Source of the DNA: a bacterium | Lineage (GTDB): Bacteria; Patescibacteriota; Minisyncoccia; UBA6257; Colwellbacteraceae | Assembly: GCA_021839365.1 (NCBI GenBank) | Contig: JAKCBB010000002.1 | Coordinates: forward strand, 1 to 31,743 | Reading direction: 5' to 3' | DNA length: 31,743 nucleotides | In this document: piece after piece, positions 18,728-27,047 of the stretch | How the letters are laid out: the number at the start of each line of letters is the position of its first letter | Numbering within the stretch: position 1 is the stretch's first letter | Notes under the pieces: model-generated | What the model saw: only the letters and a program-made list of their open reading frames with translations | Databases searched by the model: none | Told to the model about the DNA's origin: nothing | Program-made: the position numbers and the translations under genes

Positions 18728-18756
18728 ATATTAAATGGCCTAACAGCCAAATGCAA
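18728..18756 (-). promoter_or_regulatory. Putative valS promoter TTGCAT-N17-TAATAT
   Basis: -35 at 18756-18751, -10 at 18733-18728, ATG 8 nt downstream. Confidence 0.5.
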
Positions 18757-18840
18757 AATCCGTAAATCGGAACTCAAAAGCCGGAACTTTAAAGCAAAAC
18801 GCGAAAATTACGCGATTGGTTCTCGGTTTTGGGTTTTGCT
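18749..18840. repeat. Intergenic heptamer-periodic degenerate repeat tract with an inverted right arm
   Basis: aaatgca-aaatccg-taaatcg-gaactca-aaagccg-gaacttt-aaagcaa-aacgcga..., then ttctcgg-ttttggg-ttttgct. Confidence 0.5.
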
Positions 18841-19868
18841 TACATGCCTAAGTTCGCCTGCGCCGCCATTCTCCTCTTTTTCCCGCGGAGATTCGCCAAA
18901 TATGCCGCCGCGGCGATCATTGCGGCGTTGTCTGTGTTGAATTTCGCCTCCGGAGCGAAAAAATTTACCTTATTCTTCTTGGCCGCTTTCTTTAATTCCC
19001 CGCGCAGACGCTTGTTGGCCGCTACTCCGCCCGAAAGAATAATGGACTTGGCTTTTGTGTCTAAAGCAGCCTTGATTGTTTTTTTGACCAAAACCCCTAC
19101 AGCCGCTTCCTGAAAAGAAGCTGCTACGTTGTTCTTATCATCCGCTGTTTTCGCCGGATGATCGCGCAAGTAATAAAGCACGGCGGTTTTTAATCCGGAA
19201 AAGCTGAAATCATAATTTTTATGATCGATCATCGGCCTCGGAAAAACAATCAGCGGTTTCCCGGAACGAGCCGCTTTTTCTATCTCCGGTCCGCCCGGAT
19301 AAGGAAGATCCAAAAGCCTTGCTATTTTGTCGTATGCTTCTCCCACGGCATCGTCTCTCGTCTCGCCCATCTTTTTCCACTCTTTTATCGATTTCATTTT
19401 TAATATGAGAGTATGCCCTCCGCTGACGAGAAGCGCGATTGCCGGAAAAATACCCGCGAGTTTATTGCGTTCCATGTTTTTAGATAACAGGAAACTGTAA
19501 ATATGCCCCTCAAGATGACTGACCCCTATAAGGGGCTTCTTGTATTTCTTCGCCAGCTCCTTGGCAAAATTCACTCCGGTCCACAGGGCCGGTTCCAGGC
19601 CGGGGCCGACGGTTACCGCCAGCAGGTCCGCTTTTTTTATATCGAATCCCTTTACCGACAGTTTTTCAAACAAAACCGGAAGGTTTTTAAGATGTTCTCT
19701 TTTGGCCAGGTTTGGCACCACTCCGCCGAACGGCCTATGCACCGGAACCTGGGAAGAAACCACGCTCTCTAAAACCCTAAATTTTGGCCTGCTTAATCCT
19801 CCGCTAGCTTTAATAACAGCCAAGGCGGTTTCATCGCACGACGTTTCGATAGACCAGATTGTCATCAC
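18840..19868 (-). CDS. tsaD: tRNA N6-threonylcarbamoyladenosine synthase subunit TsaD
   Basis: IETSCDETA, H..FGGVVPNLA.REH, VT.GPGL, HLEGH, LLVSGGHT, ETRDDAVGEAYDK.ARLL.LPYPGGP, FSFSGLKT, GGVAAN, TDNAAMI. Confidence 0.98.
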   Translation of the reverse strand: MMTIWSIETSCDETALAVIKASGGLSRPKFRVLESVVSSQVPVHRPFGGVVPNLAKREHLKNLPVLFEKLSVKGFDIKKADLLAVTVGPGLEPALWTGVNFAKELAKKYKKPLIGVSHLEGHIYSFLLSKNMERNKLAGIFPAIALLVSGGHTLILKMKSIKEWKKMGETRDDAVGEAYDKIARLLDLPYPGGPEIEKAARSGKPLIVFPRPMIDHKNYDFSFSGLKTAVLYYLRDHPAKTADDKNNVAASFQEAAVGVLVKKTIKAALDTKAKSIILSGGVAANKRLRGELKKAAKKNKVNFFAPEAKFNTDNAAMIAAAAYLANLRGKKRRMAAQANLGM

Positions 19869-19973
19869 ATAACTTTTAGCAGAAGACAGGGATAAATTAA
19901 AGTCCTCAACTTGTTTTACTGAATGAAAAATATATCATTAAGGGGTGAAACCTCTTAAAATTGTTCATTAGAA

Positions 19974-20783
19974 ATGGATATCCTGAATGGCGGTGAATTG
20001 GCCGAAAAGGCCGCATCATTGTTTCCAAAGCGGATAATATTTTTCGATTTAGACGGAACGCTTGCTTTAAGCAAGGCGGACCTGGATAGGGAAATGGCGG
20101 AATTGCTGCGCGCGCTCCTCGGCAAGAAAACGGTTTCCGTCATTGGCGGAGGAGGTTTTTTACAATTTCAGAAACAATTCCTCGATAAGCTTGCGGCCTG
20201 CTCGGCAAAAGAATTGGCCAACCTTTTTATCCAGCCGACTTCCGGAGCGAAAATGTACAGGTTCGTGGATAATATATGGCAGTTGGAATATAACAATACG
20301 CTGACGGAAGAAGAAAAAAGCATAATTTTTTCCATGTTTCCGCAAGCGCTCAGAGACATCGATTACATCGAACCGGAAATAACATACGGCGAGGTACTGG
20401 AGGACCGCGAGAGTCAGATTACCTTCTCCGCACTCGGACAAAAAGCTCCTCTTGAAGAAAAAGAAAAATGGAAGCGGGAAGAAAACGGCTTGAGGTTGAA
20501 ATTGAAAGCCGCTTTGGAAGAATATCTGCCTGAATTCGAAGTCAGGGTCGCCGGAACAACGTCGGTGGATGTAACTAAAAAAGGGATAGACAAAGCCTAC
20601 GGCGTAGGGAAACTGCTCGAGATATTAGACTCCCGCGTGGATGACGCGGTCTATATAGGAGATTCTCTTTTCGAGGGAGGCAATGACCACGCGGTTTTTA
20701 AAACCGGAATAGATACGATTCAGGTTAACCACGTCGACGACACAAAGCATATAGTCGGGAAATTCCTGGAAGCAGATAAGTGA
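19974..20783 (+). CDS. HAD-IIB family hydrolase, phosphomannomutase (PMM)-like
   Basis: Motif I FFDLDGTL; IGGG; EDRESQITFSALG cap; GTTSVDV.KKGIDK; YIGDSLFEGGND motif IV. Confidence 0.85.
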   Translation: MDILNGGELAEKAASLFPKRIIFFDLDGTLALSKADLDREMAELLRALLGKKTVSVIGGGGFLQFQKQFLDKLAACSAKELANLFIQPTSGAKMYRFVDNIWQLEYNNTLTEEEKSIIFSMFPQALRDIDYIEPEITYGEVLEDRESQITFSALGQKAPLEEKEKWKREENGLRLKLKAALEEYLPEFEVRVAGTTSVDVTKKGIDKAYGVGKLLEILDSRVDDAVYIGDSLFEGGNDHAVFKTGIDTIQVNHVDDTKHIVGKFLEADK

Positions 20784-20839
20784 TCCCTCTGTCACAAGCC
20801 GGCCGTTATCACGTCCGATAATGCGGAAATAACCAACCT

Positions 20840-20925
20840 TGGTGGGCGAGGAGGGACTCGAACCCTCAAGGCCTTACGGCCACAACATTTTAAGTGTTGC
20901 GCGTATACCATTCCGCCACTCGCCC
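20840..20925 (-). tRNA. tRNA-Leu (TAA)
   Basis: GGGCGAGTGGCGGAATGGTATACGCG-CAACA-CTTAAAA-TGTTG-TGGCCGTAAGGCCTT-GAGGGTTCGAGTCCCTC-CTCGCCC-A-CCA; long variable arm; 86 nt. Confidence 0.96.
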
Positions 20926-20937
20926 TTAAGCGGGTGT

Positions 20938-20946
20938 ATTGTAGCA
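20938..20946 (-). promoter_or_regulatory. Extended -10 promoter TGcTACAAT for tRNA-Leu
   Basis: Minus strand TGCTACAAT ends 12 nt before the mature tRNA 5' end. Confidence 0.6.
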
Positions 20947-20980
20947 AAAGAAACAGCCGGAAACCAGCCGCTCAGCTAAA

Positions 20981-21433
20981 TCATCTTTCTAACTTCAGAT
21001 TCCTTATCTTGTCCAATCTGCGCCTATGCCCTTCCTTCTCGTCGAAATCTGTCTGCAGCCAGACGCTTACCATTTTTTTCGCGGTTTCCGCATCGATGTA
21101 ATCGGCCGCGAGCGCCAGAATATTCGTATCGTCGTCTGTGCGCGAAGCCATCACCTGATCGGGTGAAACAGCCAAGACGGAACGAACCAAAGGAAACCTG
21201 TTGGCCACGATATCCATTCCCACGCCGGAGCCGCAAAAAAGTATTCCGCGGCTGCCTAAAAAATCCGCTCCGACTTTTTGCGCTACTGCGGAAGCGTAAT
21301 CAGGATAGTCATCGTCCGGCGTTAACATCGCAGCGCTCAAATCGCCGACTTGATACCCGCTTTGCGCAAGGTACGCTTTAATTGTCTCCTTTAATTTAAA
21401 TCCTCTGTGATCCGCTCCCAAGTAAATAATCAT
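20981..21433 (-). CDS. rpiB: RpiB/LacA/LacB family ribose-5-phosphate isomerase B
   Basis: YLGADHRG..LK, DDDYPDYA, GILFCGSGVGM.IVANR, R...D.NILAL, F......HRRRL.KI. Confidence 0.92.
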   Translation of the reverse strand: MIIYLGADHRGFKLKETIKAYLAQSGYQVGDLSAAMLTPDDDYPDYASAVAQKVGADFLGSRGILFCGSGVGMDIVANRFPLVRSVLAVSPDQVMASRTDDDTNILALAADYIDAETAKKMVSVWLQTDFDEKEGHRRRLDKIRNLKLER

Positions 21434-22689
21434 AACCCTGTTCCGTTACCGGGATTAGCGCCATTGCTTATCTCGTACCATCCCGGCAAATTTCCCGTTC
21501 CATACTTATTCTGGTACTGCGAACTCTCCAGTGGAACATAAATCTGATATTTCCCCAAAACCTGATCTAATTGAACCGCATAATAACAATATCCTCCGGA
21601 GGCTCTGCAAAGATCCTGGTTGTTCTCGGAATCTATGGGAAGAGACTGTATCGGAGAGCCGAAAGAAACCAAATTAAAGTCTATCGGAAGCCATCCGGTT
21701 CCGTCAGTTGAAGTTGATTCGGAAACATTGCAGGTCCCCCCGCCGGGAAAAGAACCTGTTCCGCCGCTGCAATAATATCCCGGTTTCCAATTACTGCGGT
21801 TTACGATGACGTCGCTCATCCACATGTTTATGTCGTTGTTTAAATTAAGAGCATCCTGTACTCTCGACGAATCCCTCGCCTGCTGCAAAAGAGCTGACGG
21901 ATTAAAGAGGAACGGTACAATTACCACCAGCGCCAAAGGCGTAAGCAAGCCGAGCCATCCTGCAAACTCGAAAAATCTTTTGTTTCCGGCAACCGGAGCG
22001 GATGCAAGCTGAGATTTTATCCTGACCAGGTTCTCGTACAAACGGAATGTAAAAGCGACAAGGAAAGGAACGGCAACTACCTCGAACGCATAAATTAAAA
22101 CGGTCTGGACGTACGGGTTTATGAGTCTGAATAAACCGATAATCGCCCCGGATACAAAGAGAATCAGGAGAAACAACAAAGATCTCCCAAGAACTCCCCA
22201 CCAATAACCGGAGATATACTCCTTGCTTCGAAGCAGGGCGCCAATTCCCCTCTTGTCCTCCAACAAGAGAACATAATACGCGAATCCGAACCAGACCATG
22301 AATATAAATCCGGGGATTATTCCCATTACGAATCCGCCCATGACTACGAGTCCCGTGAGCAACCCCACCCAAAGATACTTCCAAAAAACACCGAAAGATT
22401 TGCCGTACGACTCCGCTATTCCGCCGTTTCCGCTTACCGCGTATATAATCGCTATAGAACCGGCGATGGATAATATTATCTCCAGTAAAAATAAAATAAA
22501 GAGCGGGATTAGCGTAATAAAATTTTTAGGGATGAAAAACGCCACGAGACTGACAATAATAGGAAGCGCATAAATTCCCATCAAAACCCACGCCCTACTC
22601 TTGAACAAAGACCAGGCCTCTCCGAACAGTTTGCCGAAACTATCCAGTTGTTGCTCGCTTACGGTATTTGCCTTAGTAGAATCCTGCAT
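21430..22689 (-). CDS. Multi-pass membrane protein fused to a C-terminal type IV pilin-like extracellular domain
   Basis: About 6 TMs with ALLRSKEYISGYWWGVLGR, then FNPSALLQQARDSSRVQD...DGTGWLPIDF...GSPIQSLPID...YYAVQ...LES.QY; ATGA-coupled to rpiB. Confidence 0.75.
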   Translation of the reverse strand: MQDSTKANTVSEQQLDSFGKLFGEAWSLFKSRAWVLMGIYALPIIVSLVAFFIPKNFITLIPLFILFLLEIILSIAGSIAIIYAVSGNGGIAESYGKSFGVFWKYLWVGLLTGLVVMGGFVMGIIPGFIFMVWFGFAYYVLLLEDKRGIGALLRSKEYISGYWWGVLGRSLLFLLILFVSGAIIGLFRLINPYVQTVLIYAFEVVAVPFLVAFTFRLYENLVRIKSQLASAPVAGNKRFFEFAGWLGLLTPLALVVIVPFLFNPSALLQQARDSSRVQDALNLNNDINMWMSDVIVNRSNWKPGYYCSGGTGSFPGGGTCNVSESTSTDGTGWLPIDFNLVSFGSPIQSLPIDSENNQDLCRASGGYCYYAVQLDQVLGKYQIYVPLESSQYQNKYGTGNLPGWYEISNGANPGNGTGL

Positions 22690-22746
22690 ATTCGATTATT
22701 AATCTTTCATGAGAAGAATTTTACTTTAAAGTTTAAACATAATTCC

Positions 22747-23826
22747 TCACCTATGCAACAAAGACACGATAGACGAGGGCAAGAAAAAAGGCGCGAGAGC
22801 CCCTAATACGATCATAATTACAAAAAACGGCCTGTCTCCGGTTGCCGGTTTGCTGATCAGCTCCGGCTTTGCTTCCTTTAAAGAAGAATAAATGGAGTAT
22901 ATGAAAACAACGCTGAACGGCACCAATATAAGCTGTAGCGAAACGCTCACCATGTAATTAATCAGAGAACCGAATAAGGCAGATACTCCTCCGATTAGCG
23001 CGTCCGCGACGGAAGCCGCAGCCACAAGCAATAAAACCCTTCCCAAAATGACCCAAAAATACCCCGTCGCATATTCCTTGCTCCGAAGCAGGGCATTTAT
23101 GCCTTTCTGGCCCTGATTTTCATCAAGAACGACATAGGCGGCAAAAGCAAACCATATGCCGAATATAAATGCCGGGATGACTCCTAATATCAATCCGCCT
23201 AAAAATGCGAGAAAAACAAGGAGCGCGACCCATAAATAAGAAGACGCTTTTTTAAGAGATTCCCAGTATGCCTCTTCCGTTCCCATCCCTTCCTTGTTAA
23301 TCGCTAAAATCATCGCCATCGTTCCGATAAGGAAAAGAACGAATGAAGCCGCGTATACAAGTATGGAAATGCCGCCCCAGAAAAGGTGCGCCGCTCCCGT
23401 AGCGGTATTCGAGGTATTGAGAAATATCGCCGAAACGGCCAGCGCGGCAATCGGAATAAGAAAAATCTCGGTTAAAACAGCCGCCCTGGCCTTATATAGC
23501 GTGACAGCCCTGTTGACCGTTTCTATAAATCCGATTAGTTTCGGAAATTTTTGAGATTCTTTTCTGGAAGTTTTCGACGGGACGTTTGGGGATTCCGCAG
23601 GATTAACACGATCCTCCCCGCTAAATCCGTCCGGTTCCTCTTTAACGGGAGCCGGAAGGCTTATCACGCTCATCCCGCTCCCGGGCACGTAGCTGTCCAG
23701 AACCGCTTTTATCTCCCCCTCGCGGTATCCCGCCGAGATAAGAAGTTTAACAACCTCCTCATCGGAGACGCCCCTGTCCTTAAGGGCGAACACTCTTTCT
23801 TCAAGCGGTCTTTGGATCTCTGCCAT
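22747..23826 (-). CDS. Multi-pass membrane protein, tandem paralog of 21430-22689 with an N-terminal cytoplasmic extension and no pilin head
   Basis: Shares Y.WV.LL......GG.I.G.IP.FIF..WF.FA.YV and ALLRSKEY..GY.W..LGR.LL; DNA similarity ccttgct(t/c)cgaagcagggc. Confidence 0.8.
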   Translation of the reverse strand: MAEIQRPLEERVFALKDRGVSDEEVVKLLISAGYREGEIKAVLDSYVPGSGMSVISLPAPVKEEPDGFSGEDRVNPAESPNVPSKTSRKESQKFPKLIGFIETVNRAVTLYKARAAVLTEIFLIPIAALAVSAIFLNTSNTATGAAHLFWGGISILVYAASFVLFLIGTMAMILAINKEGMGTEEAYWESLKKASSYLWVALLVFLAFLGGLILGVIPAFIFGIWFAFAAYVVLDENQGQKGINALLRSKEYATGYFWVILGRVLLLVAAASVADALIGGVSALFGSLINYMVSVSLQLILVPFSVVFIYSIYSSLKEAKPELISKPATGDRPFFVIMIVLGALAPFFLPSSIVSLLHR

Positions 23827-23832
23827 TCTTTA

Positions 23833-24855
23833 TTATGTCAATTGCGAGACTCTTTTTACATGCTTCACGAGCGTCGAAACATACCCCCACTCGTTGTCAT
23901 ACCAGGAAAGAATATTAACCAGGTCTCCATCGACGACTTTTGTAAATCCCAGGTCCACGACGGCTCCGTATGGTTCCCCTATTATGTCCGACGACACAAG
24001 CTGGTCTTCCGTAACCGTCAATATCCCGCGCCATCGCGGTTCTGCGGCGGCTTTGCGGAAAATATCATTTATCTCCTCAACCGAAGTTTTTCTCTTGGCT
24101 AAAAAGGTTATCGAGGCGATGGACCCCGAAACAACCGGCACACGAAAGGCCAATCCGTCGAACTTTCCTTCTAATTCCTTAATGGCCCTTGTAACCGCGA
24201 CAGCGGCTCCGGTTGTAGACGGAGTGATATTTTGCGCCGCCGCCCTTCCTCTGCGGTAATCATGGCCTTTCGCGGGGCTGTCGACTATCGACTGGGTCGA
24301 GGTGTATCCGTGAACTGTGCTTAACACGGCCTTAGCTATTCCCAGATTTTCAGACATTATCTGTATAACGGGAGAAGAGGCGTTTGTAGTACACGAACCA
24401 TTCGAGGTAAGGACCGCCGATTGCAGCTCCCCTTCATTGACTCCCATGAGAACCGTCTTGCCTTCGATGCCATCCGCATCCTTGGCCGGAGCGGTTATGA
24501 TAACCCTCTTTGCCCCTGCGGTTATATGCGCTTTAGCCTTTTCGAACTCCGCGAAGAATCCGGTTGATTCCACGGCAACATCTATTCCCAAACCCTTCCA
24601 CGGCAACTGAGCCGGGTCCTTAACCTGCAAAACCTGTATAGTCTTGCCGTCGACAATCAGGCTGTTTCCGCTGGCCTCAACGCTCTTGTCGAAATTGTGG
24701 TAAACCGTGTCGTGTTTCAGAAGATACGCCAAATTGTTTATATCTCCCAAATCGTTTATGGCTACTACGTCTATTTCCGGATCGCCGAAAATCTGCCGGA
24801 AGAACAGCCGGCCTATCCTCCCAAATCCGTTAATTGCTACTTTCTTTTTATTCAT
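23833..24855 (-). CDS. gap: Type I glyceraldehyde-3-phosphate dehydrogenase
   Basis: VAINGFGRIGR, INDL, VAVESTG.F, GAKRVIITAP, catalytic SNGSCTTN, TVHGYT, PSTTGAA, AFRVPV, SWYDNEWGY. Confidence 0.98.
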   Translation of the reverse strand: MNKKKVAINGFGRIGRLFFRQIFGDPEIDVVAINDLGDINNLAYLLKHDTVYHNFDKSVEASGNSLIVDGKTIQVLQVKDPAQLPWKGLGIDVAVESTGFFAEFEKAKAHITAGAKRVIITAPAKDADGIEGKTVLMGVNEGELQSAVLTSNGSCTTNASSPVIQIMSENLGIAKAVLSTVHGYTSTQSIVDSPAKGHDYRRGRAAAQNITPSTTGAAVAVTRAIKELEGKFDGLAFRVPVVSGSIASITFLAKRKTSVEEINDIFRKAAAEPRWRGILTVTEDQLVSSDIIGEPYGAVVDLGFTKVVDGDLVNILSWYDNEWGYVSTLVKHVKRVSQLT

Positions 24856-24888
24856 CGAAGATTTTTTCTTAAGCGCTCGACTTCCCGT

Positions 24889-24897
24889 AGTATAACA
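24889..24897 (-). promoter_or_regulatory. Extended -10 promoter TGtTATACT for gap
   Basis: Minus strand TGTTATACT about 33 nt upstream of the gap ATG (24855). Confidence 0.55.
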
Positions 24898-24899
24898 CG

Positions 24900-25418
24900 C
24901 TATATTTTATACACGAATATCCTTTGCTGGCCCGGCTTTTCAATCACCGCGCTCGGCGCCCACTCCCGAATGGGAAACGCGTAGGAAACGATCCTGGCTC
25001 CGGGTCTTAGCTCTGCGGCTAACTTTTTCGCGACCACTTCCACGGTTTTCGGCATGAGAAAAAAATAAACGACGTTCGCGTCATTTAGCGGATAGTTATA
25101 AAAGTTTCTTAAATAAATCCGGCAGTTCCTCACCCTTTTCAATTTAAGATTGATCTTGGCAAGAAGATATAAGAGAGGAGCTAATTCGAATCCCGTAACT
25201 TTTACGTTCCCGCTTCCGGCAAACGCAACCGCGACTTGTCCGTTGCCCGCGCCAAGTTCATATATAATATCCCCGTCTTCAATTCCAGCTGCGCTTACTA
25301 TATCCCTAACCTGCGACCGATACGCCGGAACAAACGGCGCGCCGATTACGGAAGCGTAAGCCGTTGGCAGGACAATAAACAATGTGACTAAAGTGGTTAA
25401 TACTGCTATAGCGAACAC
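24900..25418 (-). CDS. Membrane-anchored class I SAM-dependent methyltransferase
   Basis: GTG start; N-terminal hydrophobic helix, GAPFVP, motif I YELGAGNGQV, GFEL.P, VVYFFL, LRPGARIVSYAFPI. Confidence 0.85.
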   Translation of the reverse strand: MFAIAVLTTLVTLFIVLPTAYASVIGAPFVPAYRSQVRDIVSAAGIEDGDIIYELGAGNGQVAVAFAGSGNVKVTGFELAPLLYLLAKINLKLKRVRNCRIYLRNFYNYPLNDANVVYFFLMPKTVEVVAKKLAAELRPGARIVSYAFPIREWAPSAVIEKPGQQRIFVYKI

Positions 25419-25429
25419 GGATAAAAGAG

Positions 25430-25795
25430 CTACGTTAGATCATCGCCGACATTTATTCCCAGTCTTTCCGCCTCGCCTCCGGCAACCTCAATAACGCAGT
25501 CAACCATAACTGGCGGATAATACGCCTGCAGTGAAAGCAAAGATATTCCTCTGCCGGCCGGCACTCCATGATTTATTCCCACGACTTTCTTGCTCCTAAT
25601 CCAGATTATATCTATCGGAAACCTTACCCCCCTCATCCAGAATCCATATCTCATCGGAATCTTAAACTGAAAGATCATTCCCTCTCCTATCTCCAGCTTG
25701 CTCAAAACAGAAACGCCGGCCTGTTTCTCTGTGAATGTTTTTGCCACGAGAAGATTCAGCCTGCTTTCGCCTATTTTAATCCTTTTTTTCTGCAT
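25430..25795 (-). CDS. DUF192 family protein
   Basis: A.T..EK.AG.S....L...EGMIF.F......GFWM.GV.FPIDIIWI...VIEV.GG.A..LGI.VGD; start ATG 25795 (MQKK) preferred over 25813. Confidence 0.85.
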   Translation of the reverse strand: MQKKRIKIGESRLNLLVAKTFTEKQAGVSVLSKLEIGEGMIFQFKIPMRYGFWMRGVRFPIDIIWIRSKKVVGINHGVPAGRGISLLSLQAYYPPVMVDCVIEVAGGEAERLGINVGDDLT

Positions 25796-25861
25796 AAGAT
25801 AAGGTGGAGCCAACTATCCTGGACATTAAGAATACCACGAAAGGACAACCTTGTAGAAACT

Positions 25862-26359
25862 TCACCTTCCCAGCTTGCCAAGCACTATTTCGTAAACCGC
25901 GATGCCGTAAGCGACCGAGACATTCAAAGATTCCTTTTTGCCGAACATCGGTATCTCGACAATCATATCAACCGCCTTAAGCACCGAGGGCGGCAAGCCC
26001 TTGACCTCGTTCCCCATAACCAGAGCCAATTTATCAAACTCCTTCTTTTTATATTTTACCTTATGGAAAGGAACCGCTGTTCCGCTTTGTTCCACGGCCA
26101 GAACTTTATACCCCTCTTTTTTAAGCCGGTTTATAAGCTTGACCGTTCCGGCGATTCTTCCCGGAACTTTCTCCCACTTGATATATTTCTCCGCGCCTAA
26201 AGCGGTTTTGACCAGGCGCGATTCCGGCCGGTTGTGCTTATCCACCGGTGCGGGAGTATAGCCGCATAAGTACAGCCTTTCCACGCCAGCCGCGTCTGAG
26301 GTCCTAAAAATCGAACCTACGTTATGCAGGCTTCGGATGTTATATAAAATCGCCACCAT
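25862..26359 (-). CDS. TrmH/SpoU family RNA 2'-O-methyltransferase
   Basis: NIRSLHNVGSIFRTSDAAG, KTALGAE, LVMGNEVKGL, IPMFGKKESLNVSVAYGI. Confidence 0.93.
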   Translation of the reverse strand: MVAILYNIRSLHNVGSIFRTSDAAGVERLYLCGYTPAPVDKHNRPESRLVKTALGAEKYIKWEKVPGRIAGTVKLINRLKKEGYKVLAVEQSGTAVPFHKVKYKKKEFDKLALVMGNEVKGLPPSVLKAVDMIVEIPMFGKKESLNVSVAYGIAVYEIVLGKLGR

Positions 26360-26367
26360 TAAAATAC

Positions 26368-26396
26368 AAAATAATATCTCTCAAAAGAACGGTCAA
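26368..26396 (-). promoter_or_regulatory. Putative promoter TTGACC-N17-TATTTT for the TrmH gene
   Basis: -35 at 26396-26391, -10 at 26373-26368, ATG 8 nt downstream. Confidence 0.45.
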
Positions 26397-26437
26397 ACAA
26401 TGAATAGTGCGCCCAGTAAACAAGGCAGTCGATAGAC

Positions 26438-26462
26438 GATTTAAGATCATCGTGCTTAAATC
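26438..26462 (+). promoter_or_regulatory. Inverted repeat just upstream of the NYN start (operator or leader hairpin)
   Basis: GATTTAAG-atcatcgtg-CTTAAATC, ending 5 nt before ATG 26468. Confidence 0.4.
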
Positions 26463-26467
26463 TAAAC

Positions 26468-27019
26468 ATGAAAACGGTGTACGTTTTTATAGATGCCTCT
26501 AATTTATGGGAGGCACAAAAAGCTAAAGGCAAGTTTTTTGATTACAAAAAGCTAAGAAATTTTATCGGAGAAAAATTCGACGCTTCCGATATTAAAATTT
26601 TTTATTACTCTTCTTACCCCGCTAATGGTACGCGCGATTATAATTTAGACGGGCGACACAAATTCTTTACTTTTCTCAAGAAGGGATTGGGTTTTGTTGT
26701 CAGAAAAAAAGAACTTAAACAGATAAGCATAACTACCGCGGAAGGTGAATCCATAGAAGAAAAAGGGAACATGGATGTCGAATTGACAATCGACGCTCTA
26801 CATCATTACAAAAAATATGACGTAGCTGTTTTATTCACAGGGGATTCCGACTTTCTAGCTTTAGTCACATATCTGCGCGCCAGAGAGAAAGATGTTTATA
26901 TATTTTCATCAAAAAATAACATATCGGAGGAATTGAGAACCGGCTCTAGCGGGTATTTTGATGTCCTAAAGATAGAAAACGACGTCTGGGGCAAGGATCT
27001 AAAACAAAGATCCAAGTAA
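26468..27019 (+). CDS. NYN domain (LabA/DUF88, PIN-like) putative RNase
   Basis: VFIDASNL, EKGNMDVELTID, LFTGDSDF..LV, acidic active-site residues intact; AT-rich relative to neighbours. Confidence 0.93.
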   Translation: MKTVYVFIDASNLWEAQKAKGKFFDYKKLRNFIGEKFDASDIKIFYYSSYPANGTRDYNLDGRHKFFTFLKKGLGFVVRKKELKQISITTAEGESIEEKGNMDVELTIDALHHYKKYDVAVLFTGDSDFLALVTYLRAREKDVYIFSSKNNISEELRTGSSGYFDVLKIENDVWGKDLKQRSK

Positions 27020-27047
27020 AAAAGCAACCCTCCGCTAGGAGGGTTGC
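27018..27047 (-). terminator. Rho-independent terminator on the minus strand
   Basis: GCAACCCTCC-TAGC-GGAGGGTTGC-TTTTTT: perfect 10-bp stem, U6 tract overlapping the NYN stop codon. Confidence 0.8.

Noticed and set aside
18749-18800. GCAAAA-TCCG-TAAA-TCGGA-ACTCAAAA-GCCGG superficially resembles a c-di-GMP-I (GEMM) riboswitch
   Set aside because: It is on the plus strand while both flanking genes are minus, the stems are too short, and it is better explained by the heptamer repeat. An Infernal search against the Rfam model would settle it.
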